NCBI RefSeq assembly: GCF_902652985.1
Contig: NC_047025.1
Span: 40,300,001-40,364,000 of the forward strand
Direction of reading: 5' to 3'
DNA from: Pecten maximus
Taxonomy: Eukaryota
DNA length: 64,000 nt
Shown here: piece by piece, positions 50,652 to 64,000 of the stretch
Layout of the letters: each line of letters opens with the position of its first letter
Position numbering within the stretch: position 1 is the stretch's first letter
Made by a program: the position numbers and the translations under genes
Notes under the pieces: model-generated
The model's database searches: none
Told to the model about the DNA's origin: nothing
Seen by the model: the letters and a program-made list of their open reading frames with translations, nothing else

Positions 50652-51659
50652 AGCTGATCTGGTGGACCAAGGTGGGCTTATGCCATACTGTGGCGTCCGA
50701 TGTCTATCTGTCTGTCAACAATTAACTTCTTCATAACCGCTGATTGGAATTAAACTACAATTTAACTGGCAGCATTGCTGTGTGGTAAGGATTAATAAAA
50801 GGGGTCTTTTGGCTTAATTGATATAAATGACTTCTTCTTTGAAACTAAGCAATGGATATTGCTCATATTTGACTGGTAGCTCGTTATGTGGTGGTGATTA
50901 AAAATTGTACAAATAGTGAGGCTAACCTCCAGGGGGCCTGAGGAGCGGGGCCAAAAGAGGTCAATTTTGCTATGTAAGCTGGGGATGTCTCCGATTTGAC
51001 TGGAAGCACCACTTTGGGGTAAATGTGGGGAAAGGAACAAATGGTGGGGCTGGTTATGTTTTTGAAACTTTTGAGATCCCCATAACCATATAAAGCATTG
51101 ATGTGCATAAAGATATAAACAAAATCATGATGTAAAAATAAGCCCTGGAGTTTTTGCCACTCCAGGGTTCCTCTTATATCTTTGTTTAGATCCCCACCCC
51201 ATAACCATATATAGCATTGCTTGAAATCAAGAGATAAACACAATCCTGATGTAAAATTTAGGCCTAGTGGTCTTTCCCCATACCATAGGGACTTGGTTTC
51301 CTTGCTACATCTTTGAAATGGTTTAATTAACAACAAAAAAGAAACCCACACACAATCCTTATATAAACGGACCGAGGGATCTTTTCCCCACCTCAAGGGA
51401 CTTTTTTTTTAAAAACAAAATCATGTTGAAAATACCAATCCCTGGAGTCTTTTCACACCCTTAGGAAGTCTGAACTTCGTTCATGGGTTTTATCTTTGAA
51501 GCAGTTGAGATCCCTAACCCATAACCATAATAGCATGTTTGCTATCAACAAATACAAAAAAAAAAGTGTGAAGCTTTTAACAAATTGAACATGAAGATAT
51601 TTTGACATTTGATCAAATTCAACCAGGTGAGCAATACAGGTCATCTTGGCATCTTGTTA
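50652..51659 (+). mobile_element. HINE/DINE-1-like element downstream of URI1
   Basis: 5' gggcttatgccatactgtggcgtccg..tctgtctgtc, repeated ccataaccatat cores, 3' caggtgagcaatacaggtcatcttggcatcttgtt. Confidence 0.65.
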
Positions 51660-54600
51660 TTGCAGTGTCAGCTTAAAATATTTTATATTTCAGTTTTAAG
51701 TATTTTAGCTAATTATGATGCTGTCTATATTATCAGGAATGATAAGTGTAGTACATTGGTGATATAGACATTAATGTTTAGCATGTAGATAATCTGATGG
51801 TTTCTCAAGCTGGAAAAAACCCACATAAATCCTGATAGAGACTGCAGTCCTATACTGTCGACAATTAAAGAACGTTACACAAAACTTTAATTGAATTTAC
51901 TCCGGATGCAATACAAATGGGTAGCGACATTGTAGGCTGTTACCAAGTGTGAGACTGGTGCCCTCACAGGATGAGTCATCAACTTGATATATCCTAGTTC
52001 ACCTGTTATTTTTATTAACAAAATAAAACGTTTGTCAGAGAAATACAATTGTCTGTGCTCTTGATTATTTTAAAAATACAATGTAAAGTGTTTTATTTTG
52101 AAAGTATGATAAAAAATAAAAGTTATAATAGCATAAGTCCTCAGCTATTTCATAGTACATCAGCACATCCACGAGTTGTTGATCTAGATCAGAGACGTAC
52201 ATATCTATCATTCTCATCTATCCGAGTTACTTCCCTTTGTTTGATACCTTTACCGCCAATGGGGCTGGGAGAGATACACATACGAATGATTATGTACAAA
52301 GGGCAAAAACTCTATGATAATCATTGTATACAAATATTGAGATACTAAGGAACTGTTGCCCATATTTGTATACAAATATTGAGATACTAAGGAACTGTTG
52401 CCCATATCATTAGCTACTGTTGTAGGGGAATTAGCATTCTATAGACAAGTGTTGAATACAACATTAGCTACCATATCATATGTATACATCATAATGTTTC
52501 ACTAAAGACAATATAACTCGTATTCTTGGATCTGGTGTACAACGTAGCCACAAGTGATGGTGGCCTTGCCTGTATTATTGTGTGATCTACTAACATACAG
52601 GGTAGCATGCCAAGAATAGCAACTTCTCAAACTAAGAGTGTTCATACTCGGAAGCGTCCATTAATATTACTAACACCGGACCGCTGTCCGGTTCTCAAGA
52701 TAATTATGCTGCACGCTGTCCGGTTGTCAAACTTTAGGATTTGAAGAGATGTTACTTAGCGGACCAACTTGATTATATCCGTTGTCAATCAAGTTTTCGT
52801 TAATCAAAACAGACTTTATAACATACATGCTATTATAAAATATTTTTTCAGTGTGGAACCACGCCAGGGTCCTGCTTTTAATCCTGTCAATCCAATTTAA
52901 GTCCATGCCTAAACCAGACACCTATATAATAACGTGATAAATTCTTCGGAAAGGTCTTAATTGAAAAAAATGTAACCATTACTCCTTAAAGAAATGACGA
53001 AAAAGTGTCAACAGTACGCTCAAACCAAGCTTTCAACAACACCCAAGCTGTGATTCTGTGATTAAAGTGACAGATTTTGTATTTAGGGCTAACGAACTAT
53101 GCATATACTTCTATTCACCAGTGACTACGTGGTATCGACTGTCGATAGTTAATGGTGTCATGGTAACTGTACTTATAGGCAAATCAATGCCACCTGCTAC
53201 TTTGGCAGGCCCCCGTGGAAAATGGCGCGAGAGAGGAGTGCTGATTTACGTGAATTTCCTGTTCTAGTGACAGGGTATGGCTGTGTGTTACGTAGTCGGT
53301 TAGTCAGTCCGTGTCGACTCACACAGTCCCGACAGTGGATCACAGGGGACTATTAGCGACTCATATTCAATTATCTAGCTACAGTTGTTGACATGTCTTT
53401 GTGAAATTTATGTCGAGGAAATTATTAATTGGTTGTTTCTCGATATACAATTAGTCATGTTGCGCAAGTGGTTTATAACCATCTATCGATCAGTTCGGTG
53501 ACGTCTGATAGAGTCCAATCACCCCTGGTCACCGCCTTACAACAGGCACCTAAAATGTAACAGATACAAGTCATGTTTTTTTTAACTCCGTGTAGGACCA
53601 GGGACGTACGTATATGTTCCTGGTAGAACCTATACAAATGCTTTTATTCAGTATATTCATACTGCAAATAAATTTTAAGTTGAATCTATGACTTAAACAT
53701 TCCAGTAATCGAAATAACCATTTACCTTTTGTGATAATTTTACTGTGGTTTGGATTCAATCACAGATTTAGATAAACAATGATTCAATTTATGTTATTGA
53801 ACAGAGCTTTTGTTAAATGTTTGTCACCTAGTACTGTGTTTATGGCTTTGTACAGGCCAAATAGTGGAACATTTCGGAGCACCGTGATTATGTTACATTA
53901 TAGAAATAAGTTTAATTTTCAACATGTACAGTTTGGGCCGATACCGTCTCACTCTCTCTCGATCTCTAAACTCTTATAACACTATTAAGTATCGCCCTGG
54001 GGATTGTTTATCTACCAGTATCTCCGATACCATCTCACATCTAGTCTTCCGCGAACACTTCCTGGAAGATTTCTTTCTAAAGTATTTTGAAGCATTTAAT
54101 TGGTCATGGTTGATGTTTCGCACAATAGTTCTGTTTCTTAAAGAGATGCATCGTTTTGTGTATATGAAACCTAATATATAATAGCATTATGAAATGCCAA
54201 TTCCCAAGTAAATACAATTAATGTAAGAAAGTTTCCGGGAGCTTTGAGCTGTTTACCATAGTTACTGTAAAAAAAACCCCAACAAAATCACATGTTTATT
54301 TACCAGCGACTACCGTAGTTACTGTAATACAAAATCATATGTTTATTTACTGGAGACTGTCGTAGTTACGTTAGACCTTTACTGTAATACTTCTCACGTG
54401 ATTTGTTGTAGTCATAAAAAGCTGACCAGGGCCCGCGGGATCCTAGTCCAATGCTTTGTCGTTGCGTCATAATATATCTTATGTGAGAGGCCAAATAAGG
54501 GATTTGTAAATAAATGGACATAAACTGATGTTAAATACGAGATAATTACATATATAGAGCACTGATAATAAACATCAAAAATGTTTTACACATTTCTGAA

Positions 54601-57600
54601 TTCTAACTGATGTTTTGGGGGATAACGGACACCGTGAGCTGAAGACATCCTTGGGGAGCCCTTTGTTTTAACTATTATAGATACATTATGGCTAAAGGAT
54701 ATGATGTCCTTATCTGTAAATAACTATGCACAATCTGACCGCTGTTTGTCCTGACGCTTAATGTCAAACATTGCAGAATTGGACACTGATGGCCGGAGAG
54801 CGTACGGTCAAGCTGAGCGATCAGTTCACGGTTTGGACGGGAAGTGTTGTGATCGTGAAATTCGATCTGGTAATGGATATGGGTTATTGCGTACAAACTG
54901 ACGGTAGACATCTGTCGTCAGATATTTACTTTCTAGTCGAAATAAAGAACCGAAGTCCGGATGTTGTGGCGAGATTGACTTATCTATTTAGGCTTAATTT
55001 GTTATTATATGTATACCAGAACGATATTTGATCAGCATACACATTTCTGGTAAAATTAGACTTTTATACATCTCTATACTTTTGAATGATTACAAGTTTC
55101 ACCGAGACAAAGTAAAATGTGAAAACAAAAGGTCAGCTACAATATTGTATAGCCTATTACTTCACGACTGGGTCAACAGTCTTTCCAAACAATCTACATG
55201 TAATTCTGCTATATAATTTTACAATTTAAACGCTTTTTTTTCAAAGAATTTTTCTTAATTTGTTGATAGACCGATTTTAAAAAAAAAGTTTGTACGCTGA
55301 AAGATACTGGTTTCATGTTCATTTTCATAATAATTCCATCAATTTCCGATTTACATGAAAATTCAAAAGTTAACACTACATGCATTTTCGCAACATCATT
55401 TTGACGATATACGTGTATATTTGGTAAATGTATGATGATGACAATGCCAGGGGTAATTTAATTTTCTTTCTAGTTTTAATATATATCTTAGGGTATTGCG
55501 CGTCGGTATTTTACACGAGGAATTTCTATATAGGTCTTTATCAACACACCAAACATCAATAAAATACAACCATCAGTAAGTCAGGGCGAGTGGTTGAAAA
55601 ATGTGGAAAATACAAAGAAATTATTATATCTTTAACACCCCTACAGTATGTTGATTATTTTTCCAATAAGGAAGATGCCATTAAGAAGTTGAAGATTACA
55701 TGGGTAAACATGACCTTTACTTTGTATATTATTGTAGTATTCTGGATTTATGACGTAATTGGCATACAATTAAATTCTTACAATTAAACAGACAATGGAA
55801 CTCCATTTTTTTATGTATTTAAAATCCTATCCTCTCGTTCAATTCTTGTCTATCTTTCTGTTTCTACAGGTAGGTGAATATTAGATGTGCGAAATTTACA
55901 CATGTAGTTTCTGGTTTTTTTTTTAGTTAAGTTTCAAAAGATATTTTTCAATTTCAAAATAACTTTGAAAATTGAATACACTTGACCACGGCTACTATCT
56001 TCAATATCGTTGTACCATTTTTACTATAAAATGGTTTTGATTAAAATGAACTAATGTGTATCTGATACACGCTACACACAACCAATTGGTATGGCTGATT
56101 TCTGGACCCCCATTCGCGATCGAGGTGTCGCACCACAATCCCATTACGTCACAGGTCAAGTGGCCCCTTAATCTCGGAGATATTACATCCACAAACATTT
56201 TCATTGGAGGATTATGTCACCAATGACTTGGTAATGAATCAAGTGTTTTGGACATTGTTTAGCTAATGTACCTCTAATCTACCCTGGTATAAATCCGGAC
56301 AGAGAACGTCGCCAAATGTCCTGTCGCGGATCAAAGACACCGGAAACAGACACGCTCACCTGGAAAGGTAGCGGATTACATGTCAGGTGACAAGCTGACA
56401 AACTGTCGCGGGAATTTTGTTCGTATAGGTGTGGCAAATCACGGCCACACATAAACAATTCGAATGGACATTGGGGTACTAGTCGAGGTGGAGAGCCCTG
56501 TGCCGATAATCCAAATCTAGAGTCAAGCATAGAACTTCTTAAAATGGCTTGGCCGTAACATAATTAGTCCAGAGACTTTTATATCTGATATACAAGTCTC
56601 TGATTAGTCCCACTTCACAACCATTCCATGCTGGTGACTGCTCACAATATCGGATATCTACAATTTCGATATCTAAATATCCGCGAGGGTTACATTTATT
56701 TTTGTGTATTTTTTATTTGTCTTGGGTACAGGATGCATACTTCCACGAAAGTCTACTGTTGTCCATATAAAGCAATAGGTGAAAGCATTGTGGACACGCT
56801 ACCCCGGAGGTATTGGCCGTAATGGCGTGAAGAGTCATTCTAACCACGGACTTGGACAAGCACATTATGTACAGTAACTTATCACACAAAGACAAGCTAA
56901 TAGCTAATATCGGCGACATTTACGTATTAAGTACACACAATCTACGTCTAGTTTTCTTTATTGTTTGAATAGAAGCTAATCTTCATAACTCAAATGTAGA
57001 ATATGAAAATAAATTTATTTTATGATTCATCCCTTCACCTTTCACTGACATTCCTACCCGGGGCGTCTAAGACGGGATTACGTTATCCACCCCGGGTGTC
57101 ACGCTATCGGTCCGTCCATCAGTACTACAACACGACTCGCTAGTCTGATGACCATTCATTAATTCGGCCACAATATCATGTCAGAGTTACGGTTAATCCG
57201 GACAGGTCATCAGATAACAGTCAATGATATCTACATACTCTACTGGACGTCTTCACATACTTAGCCTGCACTATCTCACCGTGTATACCAGTTCTAGATG
57301 ATGTGGCGTTCACGGTGTTATGACACAAGTTGTCAGATATTTTAATGTACTGTGGCATATTGACAGAACCCAAATCAAATATCGGTTTGTTCCCGAAATG
57401 GCCCCATGGCTGATTACTCAGTTTCTTGTTGTTGTTTTTATTTTTTCTATCAAACTGCAATCACTATTGCAGAGACCTCATTCTGTTGTTTAGGTATCTG
57501 ACCCTATAGCGATGTCCTAAAATAAGCCAATAACTGATTGATAGAACCATTTCATTGTCATTATCTATAATCAGGAAAATACCAATTGAGAAAATAGGTA

Positions 57601-60600
57601 AGTAGGAAAAAAAAGTCGGGAGACGAGATCAGATGTACACATAATTCGGATTAAAAGTAAAATATAAATATGGGAATGTCCATCAGAGATAAACATGGGA
57701 ATGTCCATTAGATATATTTGTGATAGAAATAGCTAGTTCAATCGAGGAAGATGTCCATCTTTGAGAAACCATGGACGTGTAATGAGATTCAAAGTCCCCT
57801 TGAAACATTGACACCTTTCAACCACTAATTAATTTCGTAATTCAAAAGAGTAGAAGTAATTATTCTACATGTTCGTAATTTTCGGTGTTTTCCCTCGACA
57901 AACATGACGTTACAGCTGTTTTGCTGTTCTTCCTTCCTTGGGTACCAAATGCTGTAAAAACTGAACATCGCTGTGAAAACATTCGGTAGTAGTGTTTTTA
58001 TCTATAAATTACTGTACAATCACCGGCCCTACCAGTATGTCCACATCCTATTCATCTGGCATTAGTCCACTTATCGCCTAACCTACACGTGTAGGTTTTA
58101 CCATTCAGCCTATTGTGCCAGTAAATTGAGTTGACGCGTTCACTGGTCGCTCAGTGAGACGATTGTGTAGAGCCCCTTCTGAACCGATGACGTAAGCATA
58201 ATTAGAGCGATAACACGATTCAGTAATAATTAGACTCGTTCCAATGGTAAAACTAATAGTTTAGGACGTCACGTGGTTTAGGCACGCGTTACTTTTCTGT
58301 TTGCCTTGGTTGAATGGAAAAGCGCGGGAACCAAATGAGGTCGTTTAAAATAAGTAAATACATTGTAAACACGTCCGGGATTAGCTACTTAAGCTAAATT
58401 TTATGAAAAATAATCGTAATTTTTGTAATATCTCTTCATTCGAAATCTGAATATTTAACTGAATTTAATTGTATTGTAAGCCCCGGGCCCACCCCTTTAG
58501 TGAATCGTTGACATGTGGTGTTTGTAAACCGGACACAAGTGCCACGCCCTGGGGCACACACGCGTGGCCCTTTGTAGATATGGAGGCTATCTTTCACTGT
58601 CTCATCAAAGGTCCGAACAGAACCGACTCTATTTAGCACGATTTCGGGTATCGCCATAAATGTTTTAGGGCAGTACTAACAAAGAAGTCGGTTACGTATA
58701 CAAACCCGTACATAAAGCGCCCATTATCTGGTAGATGGAGAGATTTATCCCACGGCAATATTTCTAAATAGCAAATGCACTGCATTTATACTAGTTGATG
58801 ATTAAATCTTTTTTTTAAACAAATACTGTTATCCTTTACTCTGTTGATTTGGGTTAAAATATTACTACCCTCTTAGTACCCTGTGTAATTCAAACAATTT
58901 TCCGACCTTGGTCCGGATTTCAAGAATACTTTCCTCTCATTCATTCTCCATGATATGTAATAAACAGTTGTACAACAACAAAGTAAATTTAATTTAAAAC
59001 ATGTTTATTTTTGGTGAAGATACAACATACCCTAAAATTTCACTCGTTTAAAAGCATTGGTCCCTTTTAAGGAGTGTGACAGCACCTCCCTCATTGGTCC
59101 CTTTGTGATATATTTTGAGTAGTAACAATTACCATAGCCTGCTGATCTGATATATAACAAGCTCTGGACAAACGAGGAAAACAGTGAAAATCTCGTGACA
59201 AATTCAGGATTCAGTATTTGAAGTTACAAATCTGAAATGATTTCGCACACAATACTAACTTTGAAATTTTTGAAATTTGTATCTCAAGTTTTAACTCCTT
59301 ACAGGAACATCATGTCTTAATATCGAATCAACTTCCTCAAACATAAAGACCTTTTAAGGCAAATACAACATACATTCTCAGGGAATCCCTGATTGGGTTG
59401 ATATTATGTCTGGATACAAGGCAGGTTTTAGTAGAACAGGGTCCACTATTGGTACCGAAACCTTCAATAAATCTGCACGTTTCACTAGCTGGACTGGAAC
59501 AGACTTTCTTGTGATGTAAACAAATTCATTTCCACATTTTGGAGCAAAAGGATTGGGCAAAAGTTTTACAAATAAAATGCCTTTTTCTATTGTACATTGC
59601 AGAATGAACACAAATACAAAAGTGTGAAAATAACGCGTGAACTGTGACGTCATTTTGATTTGTAATAATTACCTTGAGATTTCTATTCAAATATATATTT
59701 TTTTTAAATACAACTAAACAAGAGATGAAAAAATAAGATGAAGCTCTAGCCGACATTTTAACTGAACCTGCTTGGCTTCCCTACATACACACCCTGTAGT
59801 AGCAGTAGGTTACTCAGACAGTACAATATTTCCATATATTGATTCAAATTAAATAAATTATATATTAACATTTTACTTAAGATTATTATCAAGTAATAAT
59901 CAGAGCTACAAATGAAATTAAAGAAATATGTCTTGAGCGTATAAATAGCATAAATTACTTAATTTAATTTAATTATATAAATCATTTCTCTTTAAATATC
60001 TGTACAATAGGTCCAAATGTGGAGTATTTAATGAGCGCCAGAATTTACCGGTGCTAATCAAACTCCCATTTTATACTGGACAGTTCATACATATTCAACA
60101 TATAATAGGATCCTTACACATGTTGAATTATTGACAATCCGTCTGTATTACTTTTTAAGTCAGGAAATGAGAACAAAATATATTTCAGACAAATGAAATT
60201 ATGAAACGAATAGCTGTACAATATTCTGACACTGTCCCTGATGCAGTACGACAAAAATCAAAACTGACTACCCGATATACAATACCTACGATTACCTAGG
60301 TGGCGTTGATCATACCTCTCTGATCTATAGTATACATGTAAAACTGCCTCCTTCAATCTTTCTGACTAGTGTTAATACAGGCAGTAACACATTCTCACAC
60401 ACCCACTGAAGTTTGCAGTTACTTCAGCACAAGTTTCACAACTTAAATAAAACATCCTTATAGACACTCATATAAAAATATAGATATGTTTACTTAAACT
60501 AAGCAATGAATGAAAACAACACAGACAATTTCATTATGGATTTACATCCCCCCCCCCCCCCCAATACCCATCTACTGTGATTTGATACTCGTCAATTTGC

Positions 60601-61739
60601 TTGTCCCAATATTACAATGTATTGCACATTAACTAAACAAGATTTTATCTCAACAGAATAGTTATTTCTACCAAGTAATTATATATAAAGCCCTATGAAT
60701 ATTTCTGATCCTCAGCAGTTGTTTCAAGTATCCACACTTTAATTTCTAACATAGCCCTCAAAATTGACAAAAGAGGATTCACAAAAAATTAAATGTTAGC
60801 AATGCAACAATCTACTGATTGGCAATGTCATCAAACGTCAAAGGAAGATAAAAAACATTTGCCCTCCCCCCTTCCTCCTCTGGAGTGATGTCTTGTCCCT
60901 TGAGGAGGGACATTTATTGGACAAATATATATATTAGGGATTAGGAACTAAGTATATGTATAAAGTTAATGAACACACAGGGCTATTTCAATACAATCTT
61001 CTGTACTGTACGGAATGTCCCCAAGACATAACATCAGTATACCTGCACCAGAGATCAACTATATATAAACAGAACACATCGGTGGGCAGACGAAATGCTA
61101 GCATTACTAGTTAATGGAGACATGTTCATCTCATAGATGACAGAATAATTATCAAGTGGCATGGTTATGCAGAGGAGTATCAAATCATCAAATTTAACAA
61201 ATCTCAAAACCTTTGTACAAGTAACAAGCACTATAACATCCTGATCTGTTGGCCATTTATAATAAAAAGTTCTTCACAAGAACATTTCTGAACACATTGG
61301 TGACTTGTAAATAAGATCCCTTGGGGATAGTGGTCAAATTATAGTAAAATGTATACGTTGCAGTTGCACATCTCTCGCAAAACAACATTCATCCATTTCA
61401 GTCACCCTGAATAAAACGTTACAGAGTAACAACTTCTGAGGCATCCATAAGTTACATGTACCAGTCAGTCACACACAAATTCTCTCAGTCATGTGTCCAA
61501 TATCTTGTACCTTGACGGACTATAAATGTTTATCCATCACTGTGTCCAATATCTTGTACCTCGAACGGACTTAAAATGTCTATCCATCACTGCACAGGAT
61601 TCAGTGTTTATTGCACACGATTAGAATCAATATTAATGTTTATTCACTTTTCATCTGTTCTTTACGGAGATGTAAAGTCTGTATGTGAACACAGTGCCTA
61701 CACTTTCCTGTGTTTTGCACTAGCTCATGTAAGAGTCCC

Positions 61740-61900
61740 TTTTAGAGTCGTGATACATCGTACACGTTAGTAGTGTCTTTGAACCATTTTAGTCGCGATA
61801 CATCGTACACAGTAGTAGTGTCTTTGAACCATTTTAGTCGCGATACATCGTACTCAGTATTAGTGTCTTTAAACCCTTTCAGTCGCGATACATCGTATGT
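61740..61900. repeat. ~45-bp repeat, ~3.5 copies, in the proximal cyclin E 3'UTR
   Basis: tttagtcgcgatacatcgtacacagtagtagtgtctttgaaccat. Confidence 0.85.
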
Positions 61901-61957
61901 CAAGTCCTCTATATAAATAGCACAATTATTTGTAAGTTATCCATTAATGAGCAGTTA

Positions 61958-63729
61958 TCATTTGCAATCCTCTGTATTTTCCAGTAGTTGGTCCTGATGT
62001 GGTGAACACAAGGGGTCTAGCGTGATGCCGGTCTTTTTGTTACTGTGAGGTGGAGTCAGTTGTGTGATCACTTGGGCCTGTAAGTCAGGACTTCCTGCTC
62101 GCAGAGAGTTGAGCACTTGCTCCTGCCTTTCTTGAGCTTTTTCCTGAAAAAAAAATAAAATCAAAAGACCTGTTTAAATAGTTCAAATGTATTATCTTAT
62201 ATACTATACAAATAAATATATACAAGGTAAAAATTCCAGCCCCACCCTCCCATGCTACTGAGTGGCACTAATATAATATTATAAACAGGAAATGAATCAT
62301 ACAGTATACACGACATTCGATGACGGCCATATTACTGTAATCTCGTACATACCAGGAGATTGAGGTCAATAGCATGTGTCTGGATGTGATGACTGTCCTC
62401 GGGTGCCACGTTAGGAAAGAACTTGACCTCTGCTGGACCAGACTCTCGCACGGTTATTGCAAATGGAGCCATCCAGCTGACACACTGAAGGATGTCTGCC
62501 CAACTGAAGCCTGCAACAATGAAACAAATATTAAACATTGTGTATAATCTAATATACAACTGTAATACAGGACTCAAAATATATTCCAAAGTTCATGTTA
62601 TATTCTATCAAGGGGAAATTTGTGCTAGTTCAGAGGATATATACAATGTGTACAAAGAGAATTTTGTTGATTGACTCTACTCATAGTGATGAGAACTGTT
62701 ACTTGTCTCTGTTGACTCTACTCATAGTGATGAGTGGGGCCGCGGTGGCCGAGTGGTTAAGGTGTCCCGACACTTTAACACTAGCCCTCCACCTCTGGGT
62801 TGCGAGTTCGAAACCTACGTGGGGCAGTTGCCAGGTACTGACCGTAGGCCGGTGGTTTTTCTCCGGGTACTCCGGCTTTCCTCCACCTCCAAAACCTGGC
62901 ACGTCTTTAAATGACCCTGGCTGTTAATAGGACGTTAAACAAAAACAAACCAAACATAGTGATGAGAACTGTTACTTACCAGAGACAGACAGTGCAATTT
63001 CTTTGGTTGTGAGATGGTAGAGTGCTGAGGCTGCTAGGACACTGTAGGGAAACTGTAGACACCCAGTATCCAGGATACACAAGTCGACTAGCTGTAAACA
63101 ATCAACATAACAGAAAATAAACATCATTCTCATGAATTGATGGAAATGGAACAATAAACTTTACATAATGGCGTTTCTGTGATTGTTGTCTGATGGACAG
63201 AAACAAACTGTTCTATATTCTCCCCTTATAGTCCCCAATCACTATATCATATAATGTAGAAATGTTTTTTCTTCAATCCCATGAAATACACATGAATGTA
63301 GTTCTTACCCGGGCTATCTGTATAAATGCATGTGAGGAATACTGAGGGAAGACAAATCCGTGTTCCGTTTCAACGATGTGCTCTATATTGGCAACTTGTA
63401 GGTAGAGGTTCAGCCAGCCATTGGTTGTTAGTGGTGACAAGTCCCACTTCAATGCCTACAAAATAAGTACAAAATATACAACTAAGGCACCATTAATGTA
63501 AACAGTTTATCATCTCTAAGAATGATCATAATGTAACCGGTTTATCATCCCTAACTTATGTGTTTTTATCTGTGAAGAATCCTTAGGAAAAATGTTAACC
63601 AAGTTATATCTGTTGACAAAATAATGTGGTTACCTTCAACATGATCAGTTCTTGGTCCAGTATTTCATCCTCTGTACAGGCGCCGTCTGTTACATACGCA
63701 AACTCTGCAATCTTTGGCGGGTAAATTTC
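61958..63729 (-). CDS. CCNE: G1/S-specific cyclin E, last five coding exons (5' part outside the window)
   Basis: Exons 63729-63634 ([24 protein letters not shown]), 63455-63309 ([18 protein letters not shown]), 63091-62980 ([18 protein letters not shown]), 62510-62353 ([14 protein letters not shown]), 62143-61958 with Fbw7 phosphodegron-like LTPPHS. Confidence 0.95.
62735..62954 (+). mobile_element. Full-length tRNA-derived SINE (V-domain-like core) with 12-bp TSD, in a cyclin E intron
   Basis: A box TGGCCGAGTGG, B box GTTCGAAAC, core TTTTCTCCGGGTACTCCGGCTTTCCTCCACC, AAAC tail; TSD catagtgatgag at 62723-62734 and 62955-62966. Confidence 0.9.
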
Positions 63730-64000
63730 CTGATAAATACAAAAATATGCCAACATTTTATTCTGGTCAGATAATATGATAATATATGGAGGAATTTTTC
63801 TTCAATTATTCAACAACATACAGATGTTAATAAATTTTATGCCATAAATGTATCATATTCTTTGTTATTTTTTTTATTGGAAACATTTCGACTCCAGATA
63901 TGCAGCATTGTACATTACAACCTTATTGCTGTGTTCAGTTCAATAAAAAGATAGGTACAACTATTGGAGCACAGAGCAACCATTTGGAATAATCGTACTT

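Noticed and set aside
56279-57460. Short ORFs of 83 and 79 aa as an extra gene
   Set aside because: No recognisable motif and no phase-consistent exon chain.
59050-59105. ttggtcccttt resembling miR-133
   Set aside because: Only a seed-length match, with no matching mature sequence or hairpin.
62735-62830. tRNA gene (also considered at ~895-950 and ~12065-12150)
   Set aside because: A/B boxes are present but I could not fold a canonical cloverleaf; embedded in elements with TSDs or tails.

Overview
Animal genomic DNA (AT-rich, spliceosomal introns), most likely a bivalve mollusc; this is inferred from the repeat families and not proven. Five genes were reconstructed by hand with GT-AG junctions and consistent reading phase: ZFTRAF1/CYHR1 (-, 4 coding exons, 349 aa), a TMEM276-like protein (-, 187 aa), MRPL3 (-, 9 exons, 370 aa), URI1 (+, 9 exons, 407 aa, head-to-head with MRPL3), and the 3' half of cyclin E (-). 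The rest is about 20 minisatellite arrays and transposon remnants: CR1/L2 and I/Nimb LINEs, Gypsy integrase, mariner, SINEs, HINE-like elements and several MITEs with readable target-site duplications. The most striking pattern is that at least 7 of about 24 introns carry a tandem array starting exactly at an exon-intron junction and reiterating the splice site 3 to ~145 times. Several deeper intronic arrays are also built from donor- or branch-point-like motifs on the transcribed strand. One acceptor ladder (ZFTRAF1) is in frame and stop-free. Two gene pairs that are neighbours in human (TMEM276-ZFTRAF1, CCNE1-URI1) are also neighbours here. The long ORFs in the ORF track are tandem-repeat artefacts.
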